The position numbers and the translations under genes are program-made. From positions 1 through 64,000 of the forward strand of contig NW_015167162.1 of the NCBI RefSeq assembly GCF_001447785.1: a stretch of DNA of 64,000 nucleotides. The letters run 5' to 3'. Shown one piece after another: positions 1 to 12,018 of this stretch. How positions within the stretch are numbered: position 1 is the stretch's first letter; the number at the start of each line of letters is the position of its first letter. The notes below the pieces were generated by a model. It saw nothing but the letters and a program-made list of their open reading frames with translations. It had not been told where the DNA came from and made no database searches. Source of the stretch: Gekko japonicus (Eukaryota).

Positions 1-2794
1 TTCGTCTAGGACATAGAGTCATTTGGGCAGTTAGTTAGCCGTCCAGCCGAACACTTAAGTGAAGACTGCTGGGCCCAAGTTAACTGCATTCTTTCTTAAT
101 AAGCTGCAGCTTTACATTCACAGCAGGGCCTACAACTGCTTGAATGCCCACGGGCTTCGTACAGGGAAATGAGATGGAAGGCTGGGAACCGGGAAATTTC
201 AAACCAATGTCCTTTATTCCTTTCCAACTGTATGATTCTATAATGGCATGTGGATTTTGATGCTGATCAAACTGTTTCAAGAGTTATTTTCAAAAGGCGT
301 ATCACGGCTTTGGTGTGTTGGGTTACATTCTATTCGAGCGGCTCCACTAGATCTATTTAAGCAATTAAAATTGCTTGGTTATGCTTCCGTGCACTGCAGA
401 ATAATTAGCGCAGTCCAGCTGTACTTCACAAGCAGGAAGCCAATGAACCAGCAGAAAGTTAACTTATGTTAAGTACACATTCAGTTGTGACAATTCATTG
501 GCCCTGGTAGAGTAGCAGCATCTCTTCCAAGTATGTGAGGCCATTCCAGAGAGGGTTAAGGAGTGAATTGCCCTCATCATGTTGAAATTCCACTGGATGA
601 AAGGGAAGAAAAAAAACCCCCCTCCACATAATTGCACACTTAATGAAAAGATAAATTCCATTTTCATGGAATCAACTCCCTCCCCCCCTTAAAATTACCC
701 CACGGCACACTCAGCATGAGTTGAGCAGCCCCTGGGGCACAGCTGAGCCACTTCGTTGGAGAAGGTTTCATTAGTTACTTTCACTGTTTTCTCTGAGTCA
801 TCTCAGTCATTATCCCAGTGAGGATGGGCAAGAATTTTATTTTCACAATGTTTTCCATTCTAGCAGACAGAATGGTGTGGAGGTTGTAACATCATTCAGC
901 ATTTCTCAATGATTCTGGCTTGATTCTGGGCAAGCCGCCACCTGTTTGCCAGCCCTGCCTGACAGTGGGAGGTCCATTTGGGGAATGCACTAAATACCCA
1001 ACTCAGCACTACCAAATCCAACTTTCCAATACACACAGATTTTTTTTTTCTCCTTCTAGGACAAAATAAAAACTTTGAAAAATGTGAAGGGGGGGGAAAC
1101 TTGCTCACTAGAAGTGGGAGCTCATCTCCTATCTTGAAAACCTCATGAGGTGGTACTTCATGGGGTCGCCATGAGGTGGCTGCAACTCAACAACACACTC
1201 TACTTACCTAGAACTGGGAAGTTGCAGGGTTGTCTAAGGCTGCAAGCCTAAGAATCCTTTCCTGGGAGTAAGTCCCTTTGAATAAAATGAGACTTATCTG
1301 AGTAGACCTGCTCATGATTGCTCCCTTAGGGAGGCAAGGCCAACCAGCAGCCACTGTCTAGGTGAAATGAAACCTTCCCTGTAATTCTCATCTCATGCTA
1401 AAGAATCAAACCCAGAGATGTTCTCATTCAGATGTAGCTAGGGTTGCCAGGTGACAACCAGCAGGGGGACTTAGTGGTGTGAGGGGGAAGCATAGGCTGG
1501 TGTCGTGCTGAAGGCATTTCTGGCATGTACTGGAAGTGATGTTAGCATGTCACTGGTGATGTAGAACACTCTGGTATTTGGGTTTCACCATAGAAATTTT
1601 TTCCCAAATAGTGTTGATGTTACTTTTGGTGCATGCCAGAGACGCTAGTGCATCAATGGCCCAGGCCTTCCCCACCACTGGTAAGTCACCCTCCCAACCC
1701 ATGTTTCTTATGCTTTGATTCTTCAAATCGCTAACTTTCTAATGTTTTCAAAATCAATGAAACAATCAGGTTGTACTGTTGCTGTAGTTAATAAGCTCCA
1801 GAAAAGGATTTCCCTTGGACACTGCCTGTCATCCTTGAGATGTTTTTGGCAGCAAGCCAACTACAAAAAAAAAAGTAAGTCTGTGCATCTCCCCCTTCCA
1901 ATATTTGCTTGGCTGTACTTCTTGAGGGGTGTTTTTGCATGTGAGGCTGCACGTAAATCAGCCTATAATGGGAATATAAATCCTACACTGACTAGCACAC
2001 AGAGTTTCTTTTAAAACTTTATCCCATGTTAACAATATTCACATGTTGCACAAACAATGTGAAAGAGCCTCAAATACTGTGTTTAGGTTCCCCCCACACA
2101 CTTCTTACTCCCGTCTCCCCCTCTGCTGAAAGTATTTCTCATATGCCTTCCACAATCCTCATCTGCAAAAATGGATTCTATCTTGTAAATTCATAGAAGT
2201 CCCATATAAGGATGTGTACCTGGATAATTTCAGTCCAAAAACACATCCGAAATACTTTATCAGTATCTTCCAAGTATATTCAAGTCAGTCAAAATGGTAT
2301 TTAGGATTCCAGAATACCAAATATCAAATCATGAAAAAAAATTCCCGAAATATTCGGGAATATCCGGGAATACATGGGGCTGCAATTTTAAGGCTCCCAG
2401 GACTGTTTTTCTCCCATTCATCTGTGTTCGCTAACAATGGAAGGGAGGGGAGAGGCAGGAAACTGTCCTAGGCAATAGGATCAGATGTTAGAGAGAGCAC
2501 TTGAACTGTCTGTCCAATCATGACAATGTTCACATCCCTCCATGAGGGCCAAATACATTTTGGGGGTTTTAATGATTTCTTGGACCTAACTCAGGATTCC
2601 CGCAGCCATACGGAAGCTGTGAAGGGAATGGCTTTTTTAAAATGCAGCTACTCCAGCCCCACAATAATATCCCCCATAGGGAATAATGGAATCTGAATTA
2701 TTCCAGTACCCTGGAAAAAACTGAACCTGAATCCCAAAATCATAGAATCATAAAATCACAGAGTTGGAAGGGGCCATACAGGCCATCTAGTCTT

Positions 2795-2913
2795 ATTCTG
2801 TTGTTTGTATGCATATTTTAACTTCGGCATGGCCGTTTGTTAGCCGCCCCGAGCTGTATATTAGATGGGGCGGGATATAAATCCCAAAAATAAAATAAAA
2901 ATAAATAAATAAT
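2795..2913 (+). mobile_element. L2 LINE 3' tail fragment
   Basis: gttagccgccccgag...ggggcgggatataaat followed by (aaat)n. Confidence 0.65.
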
Positions 2914-3033
2914 CCATTTGGCAAACACTCTAGTTCTATCTCATAGTCACATGCATCAAATCCATTTGTGTTGATGAATTAATGGATTTGATGAATGTGA
3001 CTATGAGATATGACTAGAGTGTTTGCCAAATGG
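2914..3033. repeat. 120-bp near-perfect inverted repeat (hairpin)
   Basis: 53-bp arms ccatttggcaaacactctagt...caaatccatt and its reverse complement, 3 mismatches, 14-nt loop. Confidence 0.9.
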
Positions 3034-3039
3034 TGTCAC

Positions 3040-3100
3040 GGATGGAACCTGGGACCTTCTCCTTGCCAAGCAGATGCTCTACCACTGAGCCACAGCCCCT
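3040..3100 (-). mobile_element. tRNA-derived SINE head fragment (Squam3-like)
   Basis: Minus strand reads ggggctgtggctcagtggtagagcatctgcttggcaagg...ggtcccaggttcc. Confidence 0.7.
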
Positions 3101-3411
3101 CCCTGATAGCTTTAGATGTATGTTTCCATCAGCACAAAGATACTAGACTGAATAAAGGGAGCAGTCATGTCCCCCACAACCACCTCTTCTCCAGACTAAA
3201 CATTCCCAAGTCCCTCAGCCTTTCCTCATAGGGCTTGGTCCTCAGGCCCCCGATTATCCTTGTAGGTCTCCTCTACACCCGCTCCATTATGTCCACATCC
3301 TTTTTGAAGTGAGGCCTCCAGAACTGCACACAACCAGGTGCGGCCTGACAAATGCAGTGTACAGCAGGACTACAGCATCTTGTGACTTGGATATTATGCT
3401 TCTGTTGATAT

Positions 3412-3821
3412 TGTTGGAAATGTATGTGTTTACAAGGTCTGATTCAGTCATTATAGGGTTAACTTGTATTCCTAGTTTGCTATTGTTTAGACTGACCGGG
3501 AAGGGATACCTGGCACTAAGCCAATGGGGAATTAGCCCGGGAAAAGTAGCTTCTACTGTGATACAGATTGGTCATTTGTTTCAGGTGACTTCCTTTCTAG
3601 GGGTCAGGAAGAAGGAGAAATCTCCATTAGTATCTGTGTGCTTGTCTTGAGTACGCAGCATAGAAATGTAGCTCTTAGTGTTATGTTAATTTGTAGCAAT
3701 CCCGTGAACCCTTTTCCCTTAGAATAAAGTATTTTTAAAAGCAAAGAAATCTCTTCTTTCCAATAGAGCAAGATCCATCAAATAGTCTGAGTATTAAACA
3801 ATTTTTGACTATTTTACAACA
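3412..3821 (+). mobile_element. Solo LTR (410 bp) inserted in CR1
   Basis: TGTTG...CAACA termini, 5-bp TSD GATAT (3407-3411, 3822-3826), AATAAA at 3723. Confidence 0.85.
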
Positions 3822-4707
3822 GATATACCCCAAGATTAGCCTTTTTTGTTGCCACATCACACTGGCTGCTCATATTTAACTTACAGTACACCCGTACCCC
3901 AAAATCTTGTTCATACACACTGCTATTCAGAAGTGTATCCCCCATCCAGTATGCATGTTCCTCATTTTTGTTACCCAGATGTAGAACTCAGCACTTATCC
4001 TTGTTAAATTGCATCGTGTTCACACCCACCCACTCTTCCAGTGTGTTCAGATCTCATCGGATTCTATCTTCTGGTGTATCTTTTGGGGTCATCTGCAAAT
4101 TTAATGGGTAGCCCCTATTCCAGATCATTTATAAAAATATTGAAAAGTACCGGGCTCACACCTGAGCCCTGTAGCACCTCACTGGACACCTCCCTCCATT
4201 CAGATTAAATGCCATTGACAACTATTCTCTGAGTGTGGTTCTCCAACCAGTTCCCTATCCACCTAACTACCCTAGAGTCCAGTCCTCAGACCTTTAGTTT
4301 ACCCATCAGAACATCATGGGGAACCCTGTCAAAAGCTTTACTGAAATCCAGGTAAACAACATCACCAGCATTCCCTCAATCCAGTAAGCTCGTCATTCCA
4401 TCAAAGAAGGAAACGAAGTTGGTCTGGCAGGACCTGTTGAGGACAAATCCGTGCTGACTTCCCCAGATCACCAAGTTGTCCTATAGATGTTCGCATATTG
4501 ATCCTTTTAAAATCTGCTCCAACATCTTCCCTGGGACAGATGTCAGACTGACTGGCCTGTACTTTCCTGGGTCATCCCTCCTCCCTTTTCTGAAAATTGG
4601 GATAACATCTCCCGTCCTCCAAGAGGTCTGGAAGATGATAGAAAAGGCTCTGCAAGCTCTCTAGAAAGTTCTTTGAGCACTCTTTGGTGCATACCATCTG
4701 GCCTAGG

Positions 4708-5496
4708 AACATAAGAACATAAGAGAAGCCAATGTTGGATCAGGCCAATGGCCCATCTAGTCCAACACTCTGTCACACAGTGGCCAAAAATACCAGGTGC
4801 CATCAGGAGGTCCACCAATGGGGCCAGGACACTACGAGCCCTCACACTATTGACCCCCCCCAGCACCAAAAATACAGTGCATCACTTGCCCTGGAGTCCC
4901 TATCTATACCTTGTAGCTAATAGCCACCAATGGACCTCTGTTCCATATGCTTATCTAATTCCCTCTTGAAGCTGTCCAAGCTGTCCCGTGGCAGTGAATT
5001 CCATGTGTTAATCACTCTTTGGGTGAAGAAGTACTTCCTTTTATCTGTTCTAACTCGACCGCTCAGCAATTTCATGGAGTGCCTGCGAGTTCCTGTATTG
5101 TGAGAAAGGGAGAAAAGTACCTCTTTCTCTACCTGCTCTTTCCCATGCATAATCTTATAAACCTCAATCATGTCACCCCTCAGCCGTCGTTTCTCCAAGC
5201 TAAAGAGCCCTAAGCGCTTTAACCTTTCTTCATAGGGAAAGTGTTCCAACCCTTTTATCATTCGAGTTGATTTATATAGGGGCATTATGATATTGGCTGA
5301 TCTGTTTTCAATGCCCTTCCTAATAATCCCCAGCATTGCATTGGCCTTTTTTATTGCAGTCACACACTGTCTCGACATTTTCAGTGAGTTATCTACTACA
5401 AGATCTCTCTCTTGGTCAGTCTCTGTCAATTCAAACCCCATAAACGTGTATTTATAGTTAGGATTTTTGGCTCCAATGTGCATCACTTTGCACTTG
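4708..5496 (-). mobile_element. Younger 5'-truncated CR1 LINE inserted into the older CR1
   Basis: Tail (aacataag)n at 4708; peptide KCKVMHIG...RRLRGDMIEVYKIM...FFTQRVINTWNSLP...KRELDKHM; interrupts the host at YKS|PGPDG. Confidence 0.88.
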
Positions 5497-5673
5497 GATT
5501 TATACTCATTCAGTGCAGCCAGGTGCTTCTCAACTACCTCTCTGTCCATGTCAACTAGCAGCCCGGACACCATGCCTTGCCTACCACCATCTCTAGTTGA
5601 GCCTGTTCTCTTCTTCAGGGGGAAAACTGAGGCAAAATAGGCATTGAGCCTTTCTGCTTTCTCTCTGTCCTCT

Positions 5674-6578
5674 AAGCAGAAACTGTGTATGAAAACAATC
5701 ACTAATCAGTACACTCTAAATAGTCACAGAACACACCAAGTGAATATGTTTTTTACAAATCTGCAAAAGCTTTAAGCTGTGGAACCATTTTGAAATTAGT
5801 GAGCATTATGCTGGTTTGAAATTGGAAGTTGTAATTTGAAATGTTTAATTGCTTTTGAAGAAGCCACGAGGCAGAATGCAATTTGTTTGCAGCTAGCCAT
5901 TGTGTGAAGATATCATTGGAACCAACTTTCAGATTGGATTGGTTCGTCTTGTAGCATGTCCTCTGTGAATGCCAAGGACTATTTAACAATTTGTGACTCC
6001 TAGGCATATCCTGAGGGAACACCACACAATCAATATATATATCCTGAGGAAGCGCCACTATAATTCCACCACCGATATGCATGCAGCATCGTACCACTAC
6101 CACCAATATGTGGTTCCATCTGGGTGCGAGGTGACCCTGGAAGGAGAGGGGATGACAGGTTGCGGGACCAATGCCATTCGACTAAGATCTACCCCATCTT
6201 GCGATAAATGGAGTACTGACACTTTGTTGTTGTATTATATTGTTTTACTATTTTAGGCTATTTTATCTGTTTTAACTCTGGCACTTGTGCCTCGTCGTTA
6301 GCCGCCCTGAGCCTTCGGGGAGGGCAGGATATAAATCCAAAAATAAATAAATAAATAAAAAAAGAAATATATACAACATCTTTGATCAGTACCACATTTG
6401 GTTTTGTACTTTGTGGTTATTTGCACTTTAATATTGAATAAAGCTTTTGCAGATTTGTAAAGAAACATATTCACTTGGTGTGTTCTGTGAATATTTTGAA
6501 TGTACCGATTAGTGATTGCTTTCATACACAGTTTCTGCTTTGTGGATAATTTGTACTGTGTATCTCCTTTGTTTTGTT
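5674..6578 (+). mobile_element. Putative Penelope-like element with inverted partial terminal repeat, containing an L2 3' fragment (~6050-6362)
   Basis: ~100-bp inverted repeat 5674-5774 / 6439-6540; right end runs ~38 bp past the IR; ~16-bp TSD tttctctctgtcctct (5658-5673) / tttctctgtgtccttt (6579-6594). Confidence 0.55.
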
Positions 6579-7786
6579 TTTCTCTGTGTCCTTTGTCAGA
6601 GTTTCTCCATTTTTACCCAACAGTGGGCCCATTGCCTCTTTTATCTTGCATTTGTTCCTCACATATCTGAAGAAGAGCTTCTTGTTGTGGCGAGCCTCCC
6701 TAGTCAGCTTTAGCTCACTGCGAACTTTGGCCTACAGTGCCTAGCAACCTGCAGATACTCTTCTTTAGAGATATGTCCCTGCCTCCATTTCTTGAACATT
6801 TCTTTTTTCTTCCTTAGCACATCACACAGTTCTTTGTTCATCCACATTGGCTTCTTGGATCCCCTGCCATGTTTCCTTCTGATTGGAATAGTGATGGCTT
6901 GAGCTTGCAAGAACTCTTGTTTTAGGAGAGCCCACCCTTCACTTGCTCCTTTCCCTTCCAGCAGTCGTGTCCATGGAATGATTCCCATCATACCATGGAA
7001 TGATTCTCATCATACCTCCGAGTCTATTAAAGTCTGCCTTACTGAAATTGTACCAGGGGACCCAAATACTCCTGAATGCTGGTATTTATGCCCTTCCCAA
7101 AATCTGAATCCAAAGAATACCTGGAGAGGGGGTTAGGTACACATCCCTAGCCCATATACAGAAATATTCCTTATCCCTGTGGTGAGGACAGCAGTAGGCA
7201 CATGCAAGATCATTTTGGGTACAATTACAAAGAAACATGCTCAATCCAAAACTGTTCTACTTAGAATCCTACTCAGGTCTATTTAATGGGGCTTACTCCC
7301 AGGAAAGAGTTCTTAGGATTGCACAATCTTACATCTAAAAATGGTTTTATGCTTGTTTGGTTTATCATTTGCCAGCTGTATTTATCTACTGTGGCACTGA
7401 CCATCTAGCCTCCATTTTGATGCCATCAGTTTCTAGCCTTTGGGCTCTTACCAGCCCATATGTTCTGCCAAATTCAGAAAGGCCTGGCCATAGTTCTGCA
7501 GTGTATTTGCAGGATAAAGGAGCCAAGTAGGGCAGAAGAACTTGGAGGAGCAGATCACTTTACATGACTGAATATTAGCCATGAAATACAATGTGGCTGT
7601 GGAAAGGTTTCTCATAGTGGAAAAACTCAGACAGAAATTACTCAAGCAGTACCAGTTCTATGACTATGCACCTAAATATTTCAGTCCAATGTGTTGCACT
7701 GTGCTGCCTCCCCCTGCCCCCAATTACATCAGAGTAACTTAACGAAGTTTTCCCCAAAGAATTTATGGTTTAGATCTTATGACATT

Positions 7787-8020
7787 AGATCCAGTTGGTC
7801 AGCCGTGTTGGTCTGAAGCAGTACAACAAACTTAGAGTCCGGTGGCACCTTTAAAACCAACAAAGGTTTATTCAAGGTATGAGCTTTCGTGTGCAAGGCA
7901 CACTTTATCAAATACATAGAATGGCCATTCTATGTATCTGAGGAAGGGTGCATGCACATGAAAGCTCATATATTGAATAAATCTTTGTTGGTCTTAAAGG
8001 TGCCATTGGACTCTAAATTT
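7787..8020. mobile_element. Fold-back Penelope-like pLTR insertion with minimal hammerhead motifs
   Basis: Palindrome centred on tggcca (7924/7925); 13-bp TSD atcttatgacatt (7774-7786, 8021-8033); pLTR motif gaaagctcata...aataaa..tttgttggtcttaaaggtgcca. Confidence 0.8.
7932..7973 (+). ncRNA. Minimal type I hammerhead ribozyme motif (PLE-type)
   Basis: AUGUAU-CUGAGGA-A-(GGGUGCAUGCACAU)-GAAA-GC-UC|AUAUAU: intact core, 6-bp stem I, palindromic mini stem III; outer stem II imperfect. Confidence 0.6.
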
Positions 8021-8499
8021 ATCTTATGACATTGTTCCTCTCACACTTCTCTCCATCCTCCACTGCAGAGGCTTTCTTCCACTGTGACAGTCGTTTCCTC
8101 TGCCCCTAGTAATTTGCATGCATAAGGGCTCTTTGAAAAATATTGATCTTGTGCATCTGGAAGTGAAGTGGCAGAGGAAGTAAGCACCACAGCAGAAGAA
8201 AGGAGCACAAAGGGGATTATGTCATAGGATCCTAAGCCAGTATCTCTTGTGACTTCTAAACATGCCTCCATCATGCTCTTCCTATTTGCCATGCATGCCT
8301 CCCCAGGCACACCACTCCATCTCAAGTTTCTTCTTGTACCAATCAGAAGACTTGCTCCAACTTCACTTGAAATCTCCCCACCTTCGTCCAAGCCCAGGGA
8401 AATCAAGCCTTTGCTCCTTTTACTCCCTGGTTCCTATATTAGGAGCAGCTTTCATTAAAAGCCAGCATGGTGTGATTAGAGTATTGGATAAGGATCTGG

Positions 8500-9413
8500 A
8501 GCTGTCATCAGACATGCAGTTTGATCCATTGCCATTGCTGTTCCCTTCTGTATTTAAAATGCACGATCAGACAGCAGCATCTGTCTTTCATGTCCCAGTC
8601 ATCTGTGTCCGTCCGTCCACACTTTACTGCGTGTTTCTTTGATACCAGTGAAAATCCAGTCCTTTTGGGCTGAGCTGGTTTCACACTGGATTTCCTGTTG
8701 TCTGATGGCTCTGTTGCAAACCCAAGCTGTCAGACAGGTCTGACTGGTCTCTTGTTTTCCCGGCTGCCATCTTTTTTACTAGTTACCAATGTGCGCATAA
8801 CTGCATATTCGCAACTCTCTCACACATCTCAAAACTTCCAAAGAAAGACACCTGTGTGTATCAGCTTTTTTGGTGCTTTGTGGCACATGGGATGGGAAGG
8901 GGGTTACTTGAAAAGAGATGAGTTTTTTTTCAGAGAGGGAGGGACGGGGTAGTCTGAGGATGATGCCTGTGACTCCAGCTTTGCTCCAAGCTTTGAAAGA
9001 AAAATGCCAGCAGGACACAGGTGAGGCTTCTCTATTCTCTCCCCCTGACTTTGAAATGTTTGAAATGTTGAGTTTTTCAAATGCATAGTTTCAAAAACAC
9101 TTCCTCCATGCTGGACCACATATCACAGTAACCTCCTCCAACAATCCTATTGGCCACCATCTGCCGCTATTCTGCCAGGAGTTTGAAGCGCTGCTTCCCA
9201 TAAGCACTTATGTGCATGCTCAAGAGACAAGATTAAAAAATGCCCACCACTCCACTCCGTGGCTGCCATATCTGATCAGTCAAACATGGGGTGAAAGCAC
9301 ATTGAAGTGGGTTAAGGGGGGATGTCTGATCAAATCTCTCCATTACAAAAAAAAACCCTAGATCAATTAGAAGTGGGGCCACACTAGATCAAACTGCATG
9401 TCTGACTGCAGCC
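8500..9413. mobile_element. Non-autonomous DNA transposon (PIF/Harbinger-like MITE)
   Basis: ~28-bp TIRs gctgtcatcagacatgcagtttgatc / gatcaaactgcatgtctgactgcagc. Confidence 0.6.
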
Positions 9414-9616
9414 TGGGATACCCAAGTTTGAACTCCCACTCTGCCATGGAAACATTGTGTCACTCACTCTTTCACAGCCTAACCTACTTCACAGAGTTGC
9501 TTTTGTGTCCCATGTGTTGACTTCCATGTGCTTTCCTCCCGAATCCTCTACTGGATCTCTCCGTTGGATTTGTACTTGGATTTGCTTTTGGATCCCTGTG
9601 TTGCCTTGAACAAACT

Positions 9617-10320
9617 TGTCAGGACCTCCCTGGGCCCAGGTTATCTGGGGATAACCAGGACAAACCAGGGGGATGACATCACTGAACCCCCTCCAGATCC
9701 AAAGCCCCTGGATTCTGAGGCCTCTGTCAAAGGACCTGAACGCTCAGCTCCAGATGCTGCCGCCAGCTTGCCAGATTCCAGGGCAGCCATCTCATAGGGC
9801 CAGATCCCAGACCCCCAGTCCTCCAGATCCAAAGCCCCTGGATTCTGAGGCCTCTGTCAAAGGACCTGAACGCTCAGCTCCAGATGCTGCTGCCAGCTTG
9901 CCAGACTCCAGGGCAGCCAGCTCCCTATCTCATAGGGCCAGAGCCCAGACCCCCAGTCCCTCAGGCTCTCCCCCCAACCAGCAGAAGCAGCAGAGATGGC
10001 AAGCCCACAAGCAGGCAGCTCAGTGGCAACAAAGCACCAAGCTAAGCAGCCTATGTTCCAGTGACTGAGCCAGATCACCCTCTAAGCACGTATAGCGATT
10101 TGCAGGATTGGGTCTCAATCAAGCCCTGGCCAGATGAAGCCCAGGAACAGGTAGGGCTTCTGCCTTTTCAGACTATTTAAGCCCTGGTCTAAGCCTTACT
10201 GGTGTTCACATGGCCAGCACCCTTCTGTGCTAATTGGACCTAGCTGTGCCCTGACCTAGAACTCTTTGGACAACCAGGCTCTACTTCCAGTTACCCTTCT
10301 TCCTGAGGAGTCTGAAGACT
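9617..10320 (+). mobile_element. LTR-like element fragment with internal ~130-bp tandem duplication
   Basis: Starts TGTCAGG; TATTTAA at ~10174; 9691-9820 duplicated at 9821-9959; resembles the LTR at 56637-57320; right end not defined. Confidence 0.5.
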
Positions 10321-10889
10321 GCTTCAAGCTTCTGTAGTCAGACAGAACAACCGATCTTCTAGAGCACCAAACCTCTTTTTTGTGTAGGTCTGAAAGCTAT
10401 CAGCTGCCTATATGCTTGGAAACTACCCCAGATATCTTCCTCATGCAGAATCATATGAGAATAGGTAATATAATCCTCTGCTTTCTCTGTCCTCCCTTCC
10501 TGCACTTCTCCCTTGAGTTACACACGACACAGATACTCATGCAAATAGGAATACCTAGCATCTCCCATGGGCATTTTGGTATTTGGTGCTACATGTGTGC
10601 TCGATAGTATACTGACTGCATTGGTGTATTTTGATGTTTTATTTAAAAAACCCTATATTTTATTATTCTGCTAAATTCCAGTCCGATTGCTTCAGAGCTT
10701 CCATCCCTTTGTTTTAAAGATCATTTTTAAAAGTATGGGAAGTACAAATGCTACGTCATTCAATTCTCGCATCAGTTTGTAAACTCCTTTATTATGCTGT
10801 ATGCTAATCTGCTGCTATTCCCAGGTTTTACCAATTGCCTTCATCCAGTCTTAGCTGTATTTACTGCTCAGTTACTTATGTATCTTGAC

Positions 10890-11093
10890 TCTAATTGGCC
10901 CTTCCTGGCAACAACCTTCTTACCCTCTACCTATATGTAATGGTTGGTGACTTCTGTTTCAATGTATCTAAAGAAGTTTGCATGCACATGAGAACTTGTA
11001 CCCAGAATAAAACATTGTTGGTCTTAAAAGTGCCACTGGAGTCCAACTTTATTCTGCTTCTTCAGACTAACATAGCAACCCACCTGAATTTTT
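10890..11093 (+). mobile_element. Degenerate Penelope-like pLTR (same family as 7787-8020)
   Basis: aatgtatctaaagaagtttgcatgcacatgagaac...aataaaacattgttggtcttaaaagtgccactgg; hammerhead core mutated. Confidence 0.7.
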
Positions 11094-12018
11094 AAAGTAT
11101 GGGTTATTCACCCTTGCTAGGTATTCAACACTACTCCCTCAGCTCCTTTAAAAAAGGAGTGAGAGGTGGTGAAGAGAGGTTTCTCTTACCCTGAGCTCAC
11201 CCAGAATATGTCTGGACCCAAGTTCACACAGATATGTGTCTAATGTATTAACTGTCTTTCTAAGCATACATGGTAATAATGCAGATCTTTTCTGTAGTAG
11301 CTGCAACATGCATTGTTGTAGCCGCTTTTATGCCAGTGTCCTTGTGTCTGATAACCAAGAAAATGAAACATGGAGATGAATCTTATCTTGCCAGAATGCA
11401 CCTGGAACATGAGGTAGAAATGTCATAACAATGAACACTTTATCCAAGTGGTGAGACAGCTTCAAGGGAAAGCTTTAAGGTAAGTGGGAATCTTGGATCT
11501 CCCTGAGCTCTAGAACTGCTCCTAAGAAGTACCAAATGGTAGTAAAAATTCCTCTCTCCCTCAACTAAATTAACAGCACTTTCCTTCCTTGCCATATTTC
11601 TCTCCCTAGGGCTGTACTTAACAGGCTAGCTATTATTGTGGTCTCCTCTCCAAAACGTATAGAAGCCAGGAGAATTAGCACCTTAAATCCAGCAGAACCA
11701 AGGATGGGATTTTCTAGCGGCATGTGAAAGGAAGACCCTCAGGGGAATGACTCTTTCATAGTCATATGGAATTAATCAAGAAGGCACACAAACACACATA
11801 AATGTCAAGCTACTGTTCTGTCTATTCCACTGTTGGGGCAGCAGAACTTCAAGACTTCTGGTCCCCATCTCTTCCAGCCCTGCAACCTCAGATCTTTTTA
11901 AAATGGAGAAGTGAAAGACTGAACCAGAGACTTCACGCAGATAGACCATGTACTCCCCCACTAACCTATGCCTCTCTAAACAAAAGAATTTTCTAACTTA
12001 CATATGTAAGACCGTGAG

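Larger units (their letters stand above)
2739..7050 (-). mobile_element. CR1 LINE ORF2/3' end, fragmented by later insertions
   Basis: (atcataga)n-type 3' tail at ~2739; ORF2 peptides EKAERLNAYFASVF, PDGMHQRVLKELS, KKPMWMNKELCDVLRKKKEMFKKW; pieces at ~2739-2793, 3165-3411, 3822-4707, 5497-5673, 6579-7050. Confidence 0.85.
2207..7149. mobile_element. hAT-like MITE split by a ~4.3 kb nested insertion cluster
   Basis: Ends taaggatgtgtacc / ggtacacatcccta; degenerate TSD containing cccata on both sides; MITE body at ~2207-2738 and ~7060-7149. Confidence 0.65.

Noticed and set aside
4917-5702. 261-aa ORF as a gene
   Set aside because: Chimera of two nested CR1 ORF2 fragments plus the edge of another insertion
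5674-6540. DNA transposon with 100-bp TIRs
   Set aside because: The TSD is ~16 bp and lies ~38 bp outside the right repeat
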